Sequence record: SRR31156797_212 | Strand: one strand, 5' to 3' | DNA length: 64,000 nt | Part shown: in pieces, positions 63,846-64,000 of the stretch | How positions within the stretch are numbered: position 1 is the stretch's first letter | Layout: every line of letters starts with the position of its first letter | The notes under the pieces: model-generated | The model's input: the letters and a program-made list of their open reading frames with translations, nothing else | The model's database searches: none | What the model was told of the DNA's origin: nothing | Position numbers and translations under genes: made by a program

Positions 63846-64000
63846 AATCAAAGAAAACCAATTAATTATGCTATTAAAACCAAAATCCCGGGACACCACT
63901 CCCAATTTTTGGGAAACCATTGTATTAATGATTTCGCATATATAATTACAAGCAGCGGACCAAAAATCTTTTTACATTGATATACTGACACTTAATGTAT

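Noticed and set aside
63720-63945. Overlapping 66-67 aa ORFs at the window end
   Set aside because: They overlap the oxidoreductase 3' end and run through a terminator hairpin; no motifs

Overview
AT-rich Bacteroidota DNA, probably a marine/anaerobic Marinilabiliales/Marinifilaceae-like organism (inferred from gene content only), made almost entirely of glycan-foraging genes. (1) 169-14905: PUL-1 with susD, susC, GH3, GH97 and a second GH3, divergent from a membrane-anchored beta-propeller/Y_Y_Y/LuxR regulator. (2) 15120-31519: PUL-2 with ECF sigma, FecR, susC (N-terminal signalling extension), susD, three GH92 alpha-mannosidases and two BSP-family HExxH metallopeptidase-like proteins. A DonS-like antisense sRNA appears to lie over its susC leader. 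(3) 31850-45119: an amino-sugar catabolic cluster with ROK repressor, nucleotidyltransferase, phosphohexomutase, MFS transporter, NahK-like anomeric kinase, NagB fused to a PIG-L-like deacetylase domain, cytoplasmic CBM9-like protein, ROK kinase, GalE and GH20. Together these look like a complete Leloir-type GalNAc/GlcNAc route without nagA. (4) 45301-61047: PUL-3 with GH2, GH109, a DUF3472-like lipoprotein, susD, susC and a divergent HTCS, consistent with Gal-GalNAc (core-1 O-glycan) use. (5) 61047-63800: translationally coupled to the HTCS, a tetraheme NapC/NirT cytochrome fused to an FGE/SUMF1-like domain, followed by a Tat-exported Gfo/Idh/MocA oxidoreductase. This is a candidate periplasmic sugar-oxidation module wired to the quinone pool and the most unusual element here. 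Several strand-asymmetric RNA hairpins occur between genes, including a tandem pair with unrelated stems and near-identical loops. No rRNA, tRNA, CRISPR or mobile element was seen. All family assignments come from motif recognition by eye, not database searches.
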